Part shown: positions 52,938 to 63,461 of the stretch, piece after piece | How positions within the stretch are numbered: the stretch's first letter is position 1 | Layout: each line of letters starts with the position of its first letter | NCBI GenBank assembly: GCA_049287565.1 | Contig: JBAQGA010000189.1 | Coordinates: forward strand, 15,626 to 79,625 | Direction of reading: 5' to 3' | DNA: 64,000 bases | DNA from: Candidatus Aminicenantales bacterium | GTDB lineage: Bacteria > Acidobacteriota > Aminicenantia > Aminicenantales > UBA8522 | Position numbers and translations under genes: made by a program | The notes under the pieces: generated by a model | Seen by the model: the letters and a program-made list of their open reading frames with translations, nothing else | Database searches by the model: none | Told to the model about the DNA's origin: nothing

Positions 52938-55292
52938 ATGAAAAATGGCCTGCGGCCCGAAGAAAACGAAAAAAAGCCCGTCACCGAGCTGGCCCGGGAC
53001 ATGAGCCTGATGCATGTGACCATGATCGGCGTCGGGGCTATGATCGGGGCCGGGATATTCGTCCTGACGGGTATCGCCGCCGGTGTCGCCGGGCCGGCTT
53101 TGATCCTTGTCTTTCTTCTCAACGGTTTCGTCACCGGATTGACGGCCATGTCGTATGCGGAGCTCGGGTCCTGTTTTCCGGAGGCCGGCGGCGGGTATCT
53201 CTGGGTCAAGCAAGCTCTTCCCCAGCCTAACGGTTTTCTGTCAGGATGGGTCAGTTGGTTCGCCCATGCCGTCGCCTGCAGCCTGTATGCCGTTGCCTTC
53301 GGGGCTTTCAGCGTCGACCTGCTATCTGTCGCCGGCATTGATGTCGGCAGGCTCGTCTCTCCCTTGGGTGTCCATGAAGAGCCGCACGTCCTGGCCGCCA
53401 AACTGATCGCCGTCTGCATCACGCTGCTTTTTGTCTATATAAACTATCGCGGCGCCAAAGAGACAGGGCAAGCGGAATCCGTCGTCACTATGCTCAAGCT
53501 CATCATCATCGGGCTCTTCATCGCTTTCGGCGTCTATGCCATCTTCGCCGGGAAAGTCGATCATCCTTGGCAGAGCCAGTTCAGCGGCTTTTTTCAAAAG
53601 GGGCCGCTCGGCATCATCATTGCCATGGGGCTGACTTTCATCGCCTTCGAAGGTTACGAGATCATCGCCCAGTGCGGGGAAGAGGTGAAAAATCCGAAGC
53701 GGAACATTCCTCGCTCGATCTTTCTCTCACTTCTGATCGTCTTGCCCATCTACCTGCTGGTCGCTTTTGTCGCTCTCGGAGCCGTCGCCCCGGAAGGAAA
53801 CGTACCGACCTGGCAGTATCTCGGGCAGAAAGGTGAGTTGGCGATGATAGAGGCGGCCGAGCACTTCATGATGGGCAAATTGGGGAGAATCATCTTTTTA
53901 ATCGGCGGGCTGTTCTCGACCATGTCCGCCCTCAATGCCACGGTTTATTCCTCATCCAGGGTCAGCTTCGCCATGGGCCGTGATCACAATCTTCCCGGCC
54001 TGTTCGCCAAGATACATCAAAAGAAGAGGACTCCCCACTTGGCCGTTTTCATTTCCGGCGGGCTGATTATCCTGATGGCCGTGGCCCTGCCGATCGAGGA
54101 CATCGCCAGCGCCACCGACGCCATGTTCCTCCTTCTTTTTATTTTCGTCAACTTGGCGGTCATCAACCTTCGCAAGAACCGTCCGGACCTCGACCGCGGT
54201 TTCAAAGTTCCTCTATTTCCCATCATCCCGATTGTGGCGACCTTCCTGAACCTGGTTCTGGCCGTTTTTCTGTTTTTCTACCGGCCTCTGGGGATCTTTG
54301 TCTGTGTGGGTTATCTCGTCTTCGGCATCCTTCTTTACTATTTCTACTCGCGAAAGAAAGAATTCGTGGCCAAGGCCGTGCCCGTCGTTCATGCCGAGCA
54401 TCCCCTCACAGTCCCCGATCCGCGTCATTTCCACATCATCGTCCCAGTGGCCAATGAAAAAACCGTCGGCCAGCTGCATGGGGTTGCCGTTCCCCTCGCC
54501 AAGGCCTATCAGGCGGATATCACCGCCCTCAACGTGATCCAGGTTCCCGCCCAGCTCCCGCCGAGCGAAGGACGCAAGTACATCAGCCGGTCGCGGGACC
54601 TCCTCGCCAAAGCCGTGGACTATGCCGAGAAAGAGGACATCCCCGTCTATTCTTTGGTCAAGCTGACCCATAATGTTCCCAAGGCCATTATCGAGACCTG
54701 CACGGCACGGAAGATCGACCTGATGATCCTTGGCTGGGAGGGTGAGAAGAGCGCTTACGACCGGGTCTTCGGAACCAAGCTCGACGAGATCATCCTCAAT
54801 ACGGTCTGCGACCTCGCTCTCATCTGTCGGGCGCCCTCCCCTGATGTGGAGATTGGCAGAGTCCTGATTCCGGTGAGCAACATCCGTTATGCCATCCTCT
54901 CGCTCAAGATGGCCGAAGCTCTCCGCCCGGATCAGGGCACTCCCATCGTCCTTTTTCACGCGACTTATCAAGAGGATATTGAGGCCGTCCAGAGCCGCTT
55001 CAGAAATGACCTTATGAAGATGAAGGATGAGGTCACTCCCGAGCGCTACCAGGTACTCGTCAGGAAAACAACGAGTGTTCTCGGCGCCATCCTGACCGAG
55101 ATCCAGTACCGAGACCTGCTCATCATGGGGGCGCCTGAAGAAGGGCTGGTCCGGAGGGCGCTGTTCGGGGATCTTCCCGTCCGGATCGCTCAAGAGACCG
55201 AGGTCCCGTTGATCCTGACCAAAAAGTACACCGGACATGTCAAGTCCTGGTTCCAGAAATTTTTCGGGTCCCGGAAGACGATGTTAGATTGA
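52938..55292 (+). CDS. APC-family amino acid permease fused to C-terminal tandem universal stress protein (UspA) domains
   Basis: ~12 TM with N-terminal MIGVGAMIGAGIFVLTG APC motif; the ~300 aa C-terminal cytosolic region has two Usp-like repeats (HIIVPV...LILGWEG; VLIPV...LLIMG). Confidence 0.75.
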   Translation: MKNGLRPEENEKKPVTELARDMSLMHVTMIGVGAMIGAGIFVLTGIAAGVAGPALILVFLLNGFVTGLTAMSYAELGSCFPEAGGGYLWVKQALPQPNGFLSGWVSWFAHAVACSLYAVAFGAFSVDLLSVAGIDVGRLVSPLGVHEEPHVLAAKLIAVCITLLFVYINYRGAKETGQAESVVTMLKLIIIGLFIAFGVYAIFAGKVDHPWQSQFSGFFQKGPLGIIIAMGLTFIAFEGYEIIAQCGEEVKNPKRNIPRSIFLSLLIVLPIYLLVAFVALGAVAPEGNVPTWQYLGQKGELAMIEAAEHFMMGKLGRIIFLIGGLFSTMSALNATVYSSSRVSFAMGRDHNLPGLFAKIHQKKRTPHLAVFISGGLIILMAVALPIEDIASATDAMFLLLFIFVNLAVINLRKNRPDLDRGFKVPLFPIIPIVATFLNLVLAVFLFFYRPLGIFVCVGYLVFGILLYYFYSRKKEFVAKAVPVVHAEHPLTVPDPRHFHIIVPVANEKTVGQLHGVAVPLAKAYQADITALNVIQVPAQLPPSEGRKYISRSRDLLAKAVDYAEKEDIPVYSLVKLTHNVPKAIIETCTARKIDLMILGWEGEKSAYDRVFGTKLDEIILNTVCDLALICRAPSPDVEIGRVLIPVSNIRYAILSLKMAEALRPDQGTPIVLFHATYQEDIEAVQSRFRNDLMKMKDEVTPERYQVLVRKTTSVLGAILTEIQYRDLLIMGAPEEGLVRRALFGDLPVRIAQETEVPLILTKKYTGHVKSWFQKFFGSRKTMLD

Positions 55293-55298
55293 GTCGAC

Positions 55299-57389
55299 GT
55301 GTCCATCCTCCACAAATCCAAGCAGCTCAAGAAAGAGCTTGGATTTTTCAACGTTTACGCCATCGCCACCGGAGCGACGATCGCCTCCGGCTTCTTCCTG
55401 CTCCCCGGACTCGCCGCCGCGCAGGCCGGCCCGGCGGTCGTATTGAGCTACTTGATCGCCGCTTTCCCCGTCATTCCCGCCATCTTCAGCATGGCGGAAC
55501 TGTCCACCGCGATGCCCCGGGCCGGGGGGATCTATTATTTTCTCGATAGGAGCATGGGACCGTTCTGGGGGACGCTCGGAGGAGTGGGGACCTGGCTAGC
55601 GCTCATCCTCAAGGCCGCTTTTGCTCTCATCGGCATCGGGGCCTACCTGAGTGTTTTCCTGCCGCAGATTCCCCTCCTGCCGCTGACGGCCGGATTCGCC
55701 TTTTTCTTCGGTTTGCTCAATCTCCTGGGCGCGAAAAAAACCGGGACTTTTCAGGCCTTTCTCGTCCTCGGATTGCTCGTCCTTCTCATCTGGTTCGTCG
55801 GGACGGGCCTTCCCGTGATCAGGCTGGACCGTTTCTTGGGCTTCTTTGACCGAGAATTCAGGACGATACTCGGAACCGCCGGGATGGTTTTTGTGAGCTA
55901 CATCGGTCTGACCCAGATCGCCAGCGTTTCCGAGGAGGTCAAGAACCCGGAGAGGAACATCCCCAGAGGCATGTTGGCCGCCTTCGGTACGGCCCTGTTC
56001 GTCTATCTCGTAGGCACATTTATCATGGTCGGCGCCTTGCCGTCCGCCGAGCTCGCCGGTGACCTCACTCCCGTCGCCACCACCGCCGGCGTCACCGTCG
56101 GACGATGGGGAATGATCGTAGTCAGCGTCGCAGCCATCCTGGCTTTCTTTTCGGTAGCCAATGCCGGGATCCTGAGCGCTTCCCGCTACCCCCTCGGCAT
56201 GAGCAGGGACCATCTCATGCCGCGATTTTTCCGCAACCTGACCGGGCAGAAGGTTCCGCGGAACTCGATCTTCATCACCGTCGTCCTGATCCTCGTCGTC
56301 TTGTTTTTTCTCAACCCGGTCAAGATCGCCAAACTGGCCAGCGTATTCCAGCTTTTTCTGTTCGCCCTGAGCTCGCTGGCCGTCATCATCATGAGGGAGA
56401 GCCGGATCGATTCCTACGACCCCGGATTCCGCTCGCCGTTTTATCCGTGGATACAGGTCTTTGGGATCCTGGCTTCTTTTTGGCTGATCGTCGAAATGGG
56501 CTGGACTCCCGTCCTTTTCACCTTAGGCCTGACGGCCGTGGGGTCCGGGTGGTATTTTTATTACGGCCGGAAGCGGGTGGTCCGAAGCGGTGCCATCTAC
56601 CATATTTTTTCCCGGCTGGGAGAGCGCCGTTTCGATGGACTGGACCGCGAACTCCGGGGAATCCTGAAGGAAAAGGGAGTCAGGGAGCGAGATCCTTATG
56701 ATATCGTCATCGCCAGAGCCCCGGTCATCGACTTTCATCAGCCCCTGAACTTCGATGAGGTCGTCCGTCAGGCCGCCACGAAGCTGGCCGAGACGTTGAA
56801 GGTCAACCGGCACATTTTTGAGGAGGGTTTTATGGAGGGCACTCGCGTCGGAGCCACGCCGGTCTCCCATGGGGCCGCCCTTCCTCACCTCCGGCTTCCC
56901 GATATCCATCATCCCGAACTCATCATCGTCCGCTCGTCCGCCGGTGTCAAGGTGGACGTCGACGATGAGTGCCTGGGCGAACATGCCTCTCCCTTTCCCG
57001 TCCATGCGTTTTTCTTCCTCGTCAGCCCGGAGGAAGACCCCGGACAACACCTCCGCATCCTGGCCCAGATCGCCAGCCATGTGGACGACGAGTCGTTCAT
57101 CAACCGCTGGTTATCGGCCGAGGATTCCCACGACCTCAAGGAGATACTGCTTCGGGACGATCGATATCTGATCCTGACCCTGCGTTCCGGAGAGAAATCA
57201 GCCGTCCTGTCGGGCCGGTTGGTCTCGGAGTTGCATCTTCCCAAAGGCTGCTTGATTGCTCTGATTCACAGAAAAGGGGAGACGATCATCCCCACGGGAG
57301 ATACGCGGCTCGAAGAAGAGGACAGCTTGACGATCATCGGCTATCCGGAAGTGATCAAAGATCTCTATTTGCTCTACGCCGAGGAATAG
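55299..57389 (+). CDS. APC-family amino acid permease fused to C-terminal PTS EIIA(Ntr)-like and TrkA-C (RCK_C) domains
   Basis: GTG start; 12 TM with YAIATGATIASGFFLLPG motif; C-terminal HLRLPDIHHPELIIV EIIA-type-2-like segment with conserved His, then a TrkA-C-like segment (LSGRLVSELHLPKGCLIALIHRKGETIIPTGDTRLEEEDSLTIIG). Confidence 0.7.
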   Translation: MSILHKSKQLKKELGFFNVYAIATGATIASGFFLLPGLAAAQAGPAVVLSYLIAAFPVIPAIFSMAELSTAMPRAGGIYYFLDRSMGPFWGTLGGVGTWLALILKAAFALIGIGAYLSVFLPQIPLLPLTAGFAFFFGLLNLLGAKKTGTFQAFLVLGLLVLLIWFVGTGLPVIRLDRFLGFFDREFRTILGTAGMVFVSYIGLTQIASVSEEVKNPERNIPRGMLAAFGTALFVYLVGTFIMVGALPSAELAGDLTPVATTAGVTVGRWGMIVVSVAAILAFFSVANAGILSASRYPLGMSRDHLMPRFFRNLTGQKVPRNSIFITVVLILVVLFFLNPVKIAKLASVFQLFLFALSSLAVIIMRESRIDSYDPGFRSPFYPWIQVFGILASFWLIVEMGWTPVLFTLGLTAVGSGWYFYYGRKRVVRSGAIYHIFSRLGERRFDGLDRELRGILKEKGVRERDPYDIVIARAPVIDFHQPLNFDEVVRQAATKLAETLKVNRHIFEEGFMEGTRVGATPVSHGAALPHLRLPDIHHPELIIVRSSAGVKVDVDDECLGEHASPFPVHAFFFLVSPEEDPGQHLRILAQIASHVDDESFINRWLSAEDSHDLKEILLRDDRYLILTLRSGEKSAVLSGRLVSELHLPKGCLIALIHRKGETIIPTGDTRLEEEDSLTIIGYPEVIKDLYLLYAEE

Positions 57390-57523
57390 AAATTGGACTT
57401 GGCCGTTTTCCTTCCTACCCAGCCGAGAGAGCGAAGATACCCATTGAGGCGACGGAGTTCTCCGGCTGGACGCGTTTTCTGTTTTCTCTGAAGGAAGGTC
57501 AGAAGGGAGTCGGTCTTGAGGAT

Positions 57524-58771
57524 CTATTCAAGAATGAACTTAAAGAACTTTTTCTTCCCGACTTTTAGAATATGTTCCTTTTTTTCGGTAGTATTTAATT
57601 TGTAATTGATATCATCGATTCTTTGGCCGTCCAAATAGACGCCCCCCTGCTGCATGACCCTTTTTGCTTCTCCCCGGGAGGGAAAGATTTTGAGGCTCAT
57701 CATGATATCGATAAGTGGCTGCTTGCGGCGGATACCTGCCGAGTCAGACACCTTAGCCGTGTTGACCATTGTCACCTTGAGATCCGTCGGCGTCTCTTTC
57801 CTCTTATGGATGCGGTCGAACTCCTCAGCCGCTTTATCGGCTTCCTCCGGCCCCCAAAAATCCGTGATGATCATCTTGGCTAGCTGGGTTTTGAGGTCCC
57901 GGGGATTCACTCCGCCCGCCTCTGCTTCTTTTTTCCAGGTCTCGATCTGCGGCGTGGCGATATCGGTGAGAAGTTCGTAGTACCGGTACATCAACGGGTC
58001 GGAAACGGACATGATCTTGCCGAAGATTTCCTTGGCCGGCTCGGTGATGCCGACATAGTTGCTCAGGGACTTGCTCATCTTCTCGACCCCGTCGAGGCCC
58101 TCGAGAAGCGGCATGGTCAGGACCACCTGAGGTGCCTGCCCGTACTCCCGCTGGATGTCGCGCCCGACCAGGAGGTTGAACTTCTGGTCGGTTCCGCCGA
58201 GCTCGACGTCGGCCTCGAGCGCCACCGAGTCATAGGCCTGCATCAAAGGATAGAGGATTTCATGGACGGAAATGGGGACACCCTCTCGGAGACGTTTGGT
58301 GAAGTCGTCCCTCTCCAGGAGCCGCGCGACCGTGTACTTGGCCGTCAAATGGATGATGTCGAAACTCGAAAGCGCCCCCAACCAGCGGGAGTTGAAATCG
58401 ATGATGGTCTTCTCGCGGCTGAGGATCTTGTAGACCTGGGCTTTGTAGGTCTCGGCGTTCTTGAGGATCTCCTCCTTTGTCATGGCCGGCCGCGTCGCCG
58501 ACCGTCCCGACGGGTCGCCGATGAGACCGGTGAAGTCGCCGACGAGGAAGATGACGTCGTGGCCGAGATCCTGGAAGTGTTTCATCTTCCGGAGAAGGAC
58601 GGTGTGGCCGAGATGGATGTCCGGAGCCGTGGGGTCGAAGCCGACTTTCACCCGGAGAGGCTTTTTGTCTCGGAGGGAGCGGGCGATCTTGGAGCGGAGT
58701 TCATCCTCCTGGATGATCTCGACGGCCCCCTTCTGCAGGTAGGCGAGCTGTTCCTCGACAGACTTGCTCAT
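57524..58771 (-). CDS. tyrS: Tyrosine--tRNA ligase
   Basis: HLGH (DIHLGHT) and KMSKS motifs, C-terminal S4 domain. Confidence 0.95.
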   Translation of the reverse strand: MSKSVEEQLAYLQKGAVEIIQEDELRSKIARSLRDKKPLRVKVGFDPTAPDIHLGHTVLLRKMKHFQDLGHDVIFLVGDFTGLIGDPSGRSATRPAMTKEEILKNAETYKAQVYKILSREKTIIDFNSRWLGALSSFDIIHLTAKYTVARLLERDDFTKRLREGVPISVHEILYPLMQAYDSVALEADVELGGTDQKFNLLVGRDIQREYGQAPQVVLTMPLLEGLDGVEKMSKSLSNYVGITEPAKEIFGKIMSVSDPLMYRYYELLTDIATPQIETWKKEAEAGGVNPRDLKTQLAKMIITDFWGPEEADKAAEEFDRIHKRKETPTDLKVTMVNTAKVSDSAGIRRKQPLIDIMMSLKIFPSRGEAKRVMQQGGVYLDGQRIDDINYKLNTTEKKEHILKVGKKKFFKFILE

Positions 58772-59409
58772 GCGTCCCTGATGAAAACCCGTCTTCCCCG
58801 GACCTCGATGCGGCCCTCAAAAAACAGCTGGACCGCCTGGGGATAGATCTTGTGTTCCTCGACCAGGATCCGGGCGGCCAGCGTCTCTTCGTTATCGTCT
58901 TGGAGGATGGGGACCACGGCCTGGAGGATGATCGGTCCCATGTCCACCTCTTCGGCGACGAAATGCACGGTCGGTCCGGAATAACGGACTCCCCAGTCGA
59001 TGGCCTTCTGTTGGACGTGGAGTCCGGGGAACGAAGGAAGAAGCGCCGGGTGGATGTTCATGCAGCGGTTCTTGAATTCGCGGCAGAAATACGGGGACAG
59101 GATCCTCATGTATCCGGCCAGGCAAACCAGGTCGACGTCGCGCTTCCGGACCTCGCGGATCGCTTGCTTGTCGTACTCCTCCCGGCTGGGAAACAGCTTG
59201 GGATTCAGGTAGAGCGCCTCCAGCCCGGACTCACGGGCGGTCAGGAGACCCGGCGCCGTCTCGACATTGCTGAAGACGAGCGAGATCGAAGCATTGATCC
59301 GGCCCGCCGTGACGGCCTCGTGGATGGCCCGGAAATTGGACCCGCGGCCGGATAAAAAGACGGCGATCCGGCCTCTCTTCTTGGGGCTGACGAAAGTCTC
59401 TTCGGCCAT
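58768..59409 (-). CDS. purN: Phosphoribosylglycinamide formyltransferase
   Basis: RIAVFLSGRGSNFRAI motif; GGAGAAAGG RBS before ATG 59409 (ORF track extends to 59439). Confidence 0.9.
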   Translation of the reverse strand: MAEETFVSPKKRGRIAVFLSGRGSNFRAIHEAVTAGRINASISLVFSNVETAPGLLTARESGLEALYLNPKLFPSREEYDKQAIREVRKRDVDLVCLAGYMRILSPYFCREFKNRCMNIHPALLPSFPGLHVQQKAIDWGVRYSGPTVHFVAEEVDMGPIILQAVVPILQDDNEETLAARILVEEHKIYPQAVQLFFEGRIEVRGRRVFIRDA

Positions 59410-59435
59410 GGATCGATCCTTTCTCCAGAGCGAGT

Positions 59436-60308
59436 TCACAACTTCAGGAACAGCCCTATTTTAACCGAATAACCGCTGAAATCAACCGTCGCTTCCCGGA
59501 CGTCGCGGACGCCCTCGCCGCCTGGCTCTTCAGGATGGAGGGCCATCCGGGGTTGCCAGAAGTCGATGTCGGGCCGGTACTCATCATAGGTATAGAGACG
59601 GCCGCTCTCCCCCAGGTCGTCCTCGCCCTCGAAACCGGAAACCTTGGCCCAGCGGACCTCCGCCTCGGCGAAAAAACCCAGTGATTTATCAAACGCGTAG
59701 CTCAGGCCGAGTCCTCCTAGGTAGCCCACCCGGCTGGCCCTGGCGTTGTCGTAAACAGTGTAGCCAAAACGGGCGGCCTCCGCCTTCTTATTAACCTCGC
59801 GGACGATGCATCTCGCGAACATGCTTCCCAGACCGCCACGGAGATAGGCATTGAATTTCTGGCCGAGGGGCAGAAAAGCATAAGCGGACAGGAAGACAGG
59901 ATAGGCGCTGATCTTGGTCGGCCTGGCGTAGTCGAAGAGAACCCCGTCCTGACGGATGGGAAGCAGCGTCTGTTTCTCGTCGAGCGACGCGAAGGCATAC
60001 CCGGCGCCGATACCCAAAGCCAGCCATCGCGAGAAGGACAATAACAGCTCGGCCTCGAAATCGATCCCGAGATGGAGCGAGGCGGCGCTTTCGCCCTCCA
60101 TGCTCATGTTCGGATAGGCCTCCACCTGGCGCTTCCATCCTTCCCGCCATCCGGCGAGGGTGCGATTGACCTCATCCGCTTTCAGCCACCCGAGTCCTGA
60201 CGAAAGCCTGAGGGTGAGGTCGAAACCGGAGGAAAGGGAAGGGAAAAGGAAGGAAACGGTTGCCAGGATGGCGATGGTCTTGAACCTCTTCATCTTTGAC
60301 GAGCCCAA
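59436..60308 (-). CDS. Outer-membrane beta-barrel protein, hypothetical
   Basis: Signal peptide (MKRFKTIAILATVSFLFPSLSSG), beta-strand-rich Y/G/S composition; sits between purL and purN. Confidence 0.45.
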   Translation of the reverse strand: MGSSKMKRFKTIAILATVSFLFPSLSSGFDLTLRLSSGLGWLKADEVNRTLAGWREGWKRQVEAYPNMSMEGESAASLHLGIDFEAELLLSFSRWLALGIGAGYAFASLDEKQTLLPIRQDGVLFDYARPTKISAYPVFLSAYAFLPLGQKFNAYLRGGLGSMFARCIVREVNKKAEAARFGYTVYDNARASRVGYLGGLGLSYAFDKSLGFFAEAEVRWAKVSGFEGEDDLGESGRLYTYDEYRPDIDFWQPRMALHPEEPGGEGVRDVREATVDFSGYSVKIGLFLKL

Positions 60309-60314
60309 TCCTTA

Positions 60315-62519
60315 TCAGACCGAGAGAGCCTCGGGGATGGCCCTTTTCCAGGCTTCATAAAGCTGCTCCACAGACAAACGGATGATCTCCCGGCCGTCCT
60401 GCCGGATGACGAGCTGCTTTCCTCCGATCTGACCGATCGCTTTCGCCGGGATGCTTCTTTCCTCGACCAACCTCAAGAGCCGGGGGAGATGCCGGGCGGC
60501 GACGCTGACCAGGAGCCTCGATTGGCTTTCAGAAAAGAGCCAGGCATCCGGGCGGATTCTGTCGTCGAGCTCGATAACACAGCCGACTCTTCGGCTGTTC
60601 AACAGACAGCTTTCGGCGGCACACACGGCCAACCCGCCCTCGGAGAGGTCGTGGGCCGACCGGATCAGCCTCTTTTTGATAGCCTCACGGCAGAGATCCT
60701 GGACAGCCTTTTCCCGTTTCAGGTCAATGCCGGGAGGCCGGCCTTTCTCCAGGCCGTGAATGGTGCGGAGATACTCCGACCCTCCGAGCTCCTCTTTCGT
60801 CTCGCCAAGGAGAACGACGGTGTCGCCGTCTTCTTGGAAGCCCGGGCCGACCAGCTTAGCGAGGTCGTCGATCAGTCCGACGACACCCAAAACCGGCGTC
60901 GGATGGATGGAGATGCCCTCGGTGTCATTATAGAAACTGACGTTTCCGCCCGTGACCGGGATCTCGAAAGTCCGGCAGGCCTCGGCCAGGCCCTCGATGA
61001 CGTGCTTGAACTGCCACATGACCTCGGGCTTTTCGGGATTGCCGAAATTCAGACAATTGGTGACGCCGAGGGGAGCCGCTCCGACACAGGCCAGGTTGCG
61101 GCAGGCCTCCGCCACGGCAATGGCCCCGCCGGTCCAGGGATCAAGGTAACAGTAGAGCGCGTTCCCGTCGAGGGTCATGGCCAATCCCTTTTTCTGGCCT
61201 TTGATCCGCAACACGGCCGCGTCGGCTCCCGGCAGAAGCACCGTGTTCGTCTGGACCATGTGGTCGTATTGGCGGAAGACCCATTCTTTATCGGCGATGG
61301 TCGGAGAGGCCATCAGCTTGAGGAGGACGGAATGGAGGTTCTCGGGCGGGGGAGGGAGGGTGAGTTGCTGCGCCGATCGGAAGGAGGCCGGCTTCCGGGC
61401 GGGCCGCCGGTAAACGGGACACAGGTTGACGACAGCGTCCACCGGGACATCGACGACCGTCTCGCCCCGGAAGGACGCCTTCAAGTTCCGCTCGGCGGTG
61501 ACTTCGCCGATGGGGACCGCGTCCAGATCCCATTTGGCGAAGACTTTCTGGACCTCGGCCAAGTTCTCCCTCCTGGCCACGATCAGCATCCTTTCCTGGG
61601 ATTCGGAGAGCATGATCTCGTAAGGAGTCATGCCTTCTTCCCTCTGGGGGACGAGGTCGAGGTTGATGGCAATGCCTGTTCCCGATTTGGCAGGCATCTC
61701 CGTGGTCGAGCAGGTCAGACCGGCCGCTCCCATATCCTGGATTCCCACGATCAGCCCTTTCTGCATGACTTCCAAGCAGGCTTCCAGGAGCAGCTTCTCT
61801 TTGAACGGGTCTCCCACCTGGACATTGGGCCGCTTCTGCTCGGTCTCTTTCCCGAACTCGGCCGAGGCCATGGTTGCGCCGTGGATGCCGTCCCTTCCCG
61901 TCTTTGACCCGACGTAGAGGACAGGGTTGCCGGCACCTTCGGCCTTGGCGTAAAAAACCTTCTCTTTTTCCACCAGGCCCAAGCAGAAAACATTGACCAG
62001 TGGATTCTTGGAATAGACCTCGTGAAAATAGACCTCGCCCCCGACCGTGGGAACGCCGATGGAATTCCCGTAAGAGGAGATCCCCGCGATAACCCCGTCC
62101 ATGATGGCCCTGTTCCTGGGAGTGGCGAGCGGGCCGAAACGCAGCGAATCCAGCAAAGCGATCGGCCGGGCCCCCATAGTGAAAATATCTCGCAGGATCC
62201 CGCCGACGCCGGTGGCCGCGCCCTGGAAGGGCTCGATAAAAGAAGGATGGTTGTGGGATTCGATCTTGAAGACAACGGCCAGCCCATCGCCGATGTCGAT
62301 GATGCCGGCGTTCTCCCCGGGTCCCTGGATGACCCGCTTCCCTTTGGTGGGAAGCTTCCTGAGGAAGTTTTTTGAGCTCTTGTAGCTGCAGTGCTCCGAC
62401 CACATCAGGGAGAAGATCCCGAGCTCGGTGAGGTTTGGTTCCCGTCCGACGAGGGCGACGATCCTCTCGTATTCCTCGAGAGTCAGGTTGTGGTCGGCGA
62501 GCAGTTTGGGGTCGATCAT
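60315..62519 (-). CDS. purL: Phosphoribosylformylglycinamidine synthase subunit PurL
   Basis: 734 aa; SEHCSYKSS and ESHNHPS motifs. Confidence 0.95.
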   Translation of the reverse strand: MIDPKLLADHNLTLEEYERIVALVGREPNLTELGIFSLMWSEHCSYKSSKNFLRKLPTKGKRVIQGPGENAGIIDIGDGLAVVFKIESHNHPSFIEPFQGAATGVGGILRDIFTMGARPIALLDSLRFGPLATPRNRAIMDGVIAGISSYGNSIGVPTVGGEVYFHEVYSKNPLVNVFCLGLVEKEKVFYAKAEGAGNPVLYVGSKTGRDGIHGATMASAEFGKETEQKRPNVQVGDPFKEKLLLEACLEVMQKGLIVGIQDMGAAGLTCSTTEMPAKSGTGIAINLDLVPQREEGMTPYEIMLSESQERMLIVARRENLAEVQKVFAKWDLDAVPIGEVTAERNLKASFRGETVVDVPVDAVVNLCPVYRRPARKPASFRSAQQLTLPPPPENLHSVLLKLMASPTIADKEWVFRQYDHMVQTNTVLLPGADAAVLRIKGQKKGLAMTLDGNALYCYLDPWTGGAIAVAEACRNLACVGAAPLGVTNCLNFGNPEKPEVMWQFKHVIEGLAEACRTFEIPVTGGNVSFYNDTEGISIHPTPVLGVVGLIDDLAKLVGPGFQEDGDTVVLLGETKEELGGSEYLRTIHGLEKGRPPGIDLKREKAVQDLCREAIKKRLIRSAHDLSEGGLAVCAAESCLLNSRRVGCVIELDDRIRPDAWLFSESQSRLLVSVAARHLPRLLRLVEERSIPAKAIGQIGGKQLVIRQDGREIIRLSVEQLYEAWKRAIPEALSV

Positions 62520-63198
62520 GATCGGATCAGGGATTCGAAGATCAGCCGGCCGTCCTGGCTGCCGAGGGACGCTTCCGAGGCTCTCTCCGGGTGGGGCATC
62601 ATGCCCATGACGTTGCCGCGCCGGTTGATCAGCCCGGCGATGGCCGCCGCCGAGCCGTTGACGTTCGCTGCCTCGGTCGTCTCTCCTTTTTCATCGACAT
62701 AGCGGAGGACGACCTGACCCTGCTCCTCCAGCTTGGCCAGATTTTCGGGTGGAGCGAAAAAGTGGCCGTCGAAGTGGGCGATCGGGATGCGGAGGACCTG
62801 ACCTCGCTGGGCCAGGCGGGTGAACGGGGTCCCCGGATTGTCTATGCGGAGTTGGACGAACTGGCAGAGGAACTTGAGGTTCTTGTTCCTCAGCATTGCC
62901 CCGGGGAGCAGCCCGAGCTCGAGGAGCACCTGGAACCCATTGCAGATCCCCAGGATCATCCCTCCCCGGTCGGCGAACTCGGCAACCTCCTGCATCAGCG
63001 GAGAAAAGCGGGCGATGGCACCCGACCGCAGATAATCACCGTAGGAAAACCCGCCCGGCAGGACGACGCAATCGACATTCTGGAGGTCGTGGTTCTTATG
63101 CCAGAGGAAAACGGTCTCCTGGCCGAGCACATCCCTGAGGACATAGAAAGTATCGTAATCGCAATTCGAACCGGGGAAGATGACCACGCCGAACTTCA
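62516..63198 (-). CDS. purQ: Phosphoribosylformylglycinamidine synthase subunit PurQ (glutaminase)
   Basis: [15 protein letters not shown] and GICNGFQ class-I GATase triad motifs; likely TTG start at 63198 immediately after the purS stop; the ORF-track upstream extension is in the purS region and rejected. Confidence 0.85.
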
Positions 63199-63209
63199 AG
63201 GGGTCAAAC

Positions 63210-63461
63210 CTATCTTTCTTCTCCCAGGATCTCCCAGGTGAACTTCTCGATGATCGGGTTGGCCAGGACCTTGTCAGCGATCTCCGGGACGACGTGGCGG
63301 GCCTGCTCTTCCGTAATGCCGTCGAGTGCGATCTCGAAGACCTTGCCCTGCCGGACATCCTTGACGAATCCGTAGCCTAGGGTGAGAAGCGCGTTCTTCA
63401 CCGTCTGCCCCTGGGGGTCGAGGACGCTTTCTTTGAAGGAAACGAGGATTCTAACTCGCAT
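63210..63461 (-). CDS. purS: Phosphoribosylformylglycinamidine synthase subunit PurS
   Basis: 83 aa [30 protein letters not shown]... typical PurS; start overlaps the purB stop by 11 nt. Confidence 0.8.
   Translation of the reverse strand: MRVRILVSFKESVLDPQGQTVKNALLTLGYGFVKDVRQGKVFEIALDGITEEQARHVVPEIADKVLANPIIEKFTWEILGEER

Noticed and set aside
57390-57523. Possible tRNA or ncRNA in the 134-nt convergent gap between the second permease and tyrS
   Set aside because: No GTTCRANYC T-loop or cloverleaf-compatible arms; the sequence looks like plain 3' UTRs.
60489-62403. Plus-strand 472-aa and minus-strand 371-aa ORFs overlapping purL
   Set aside because: Alternative-frame or antisense shadows of purL, which has full-length conserved motifs; their translations are Arg/Gly/Pro-rich without domains.
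62516-63358. Long N-terminal extension of purQ in the ORF track (starting at 63358)
   Set aside because: The extension is Ser/Arg-rich nonsense overlapping purS in another frame; PurQ homology begins at [11 protein letters not shown], best served by TTG 63198 right after the purS stop.
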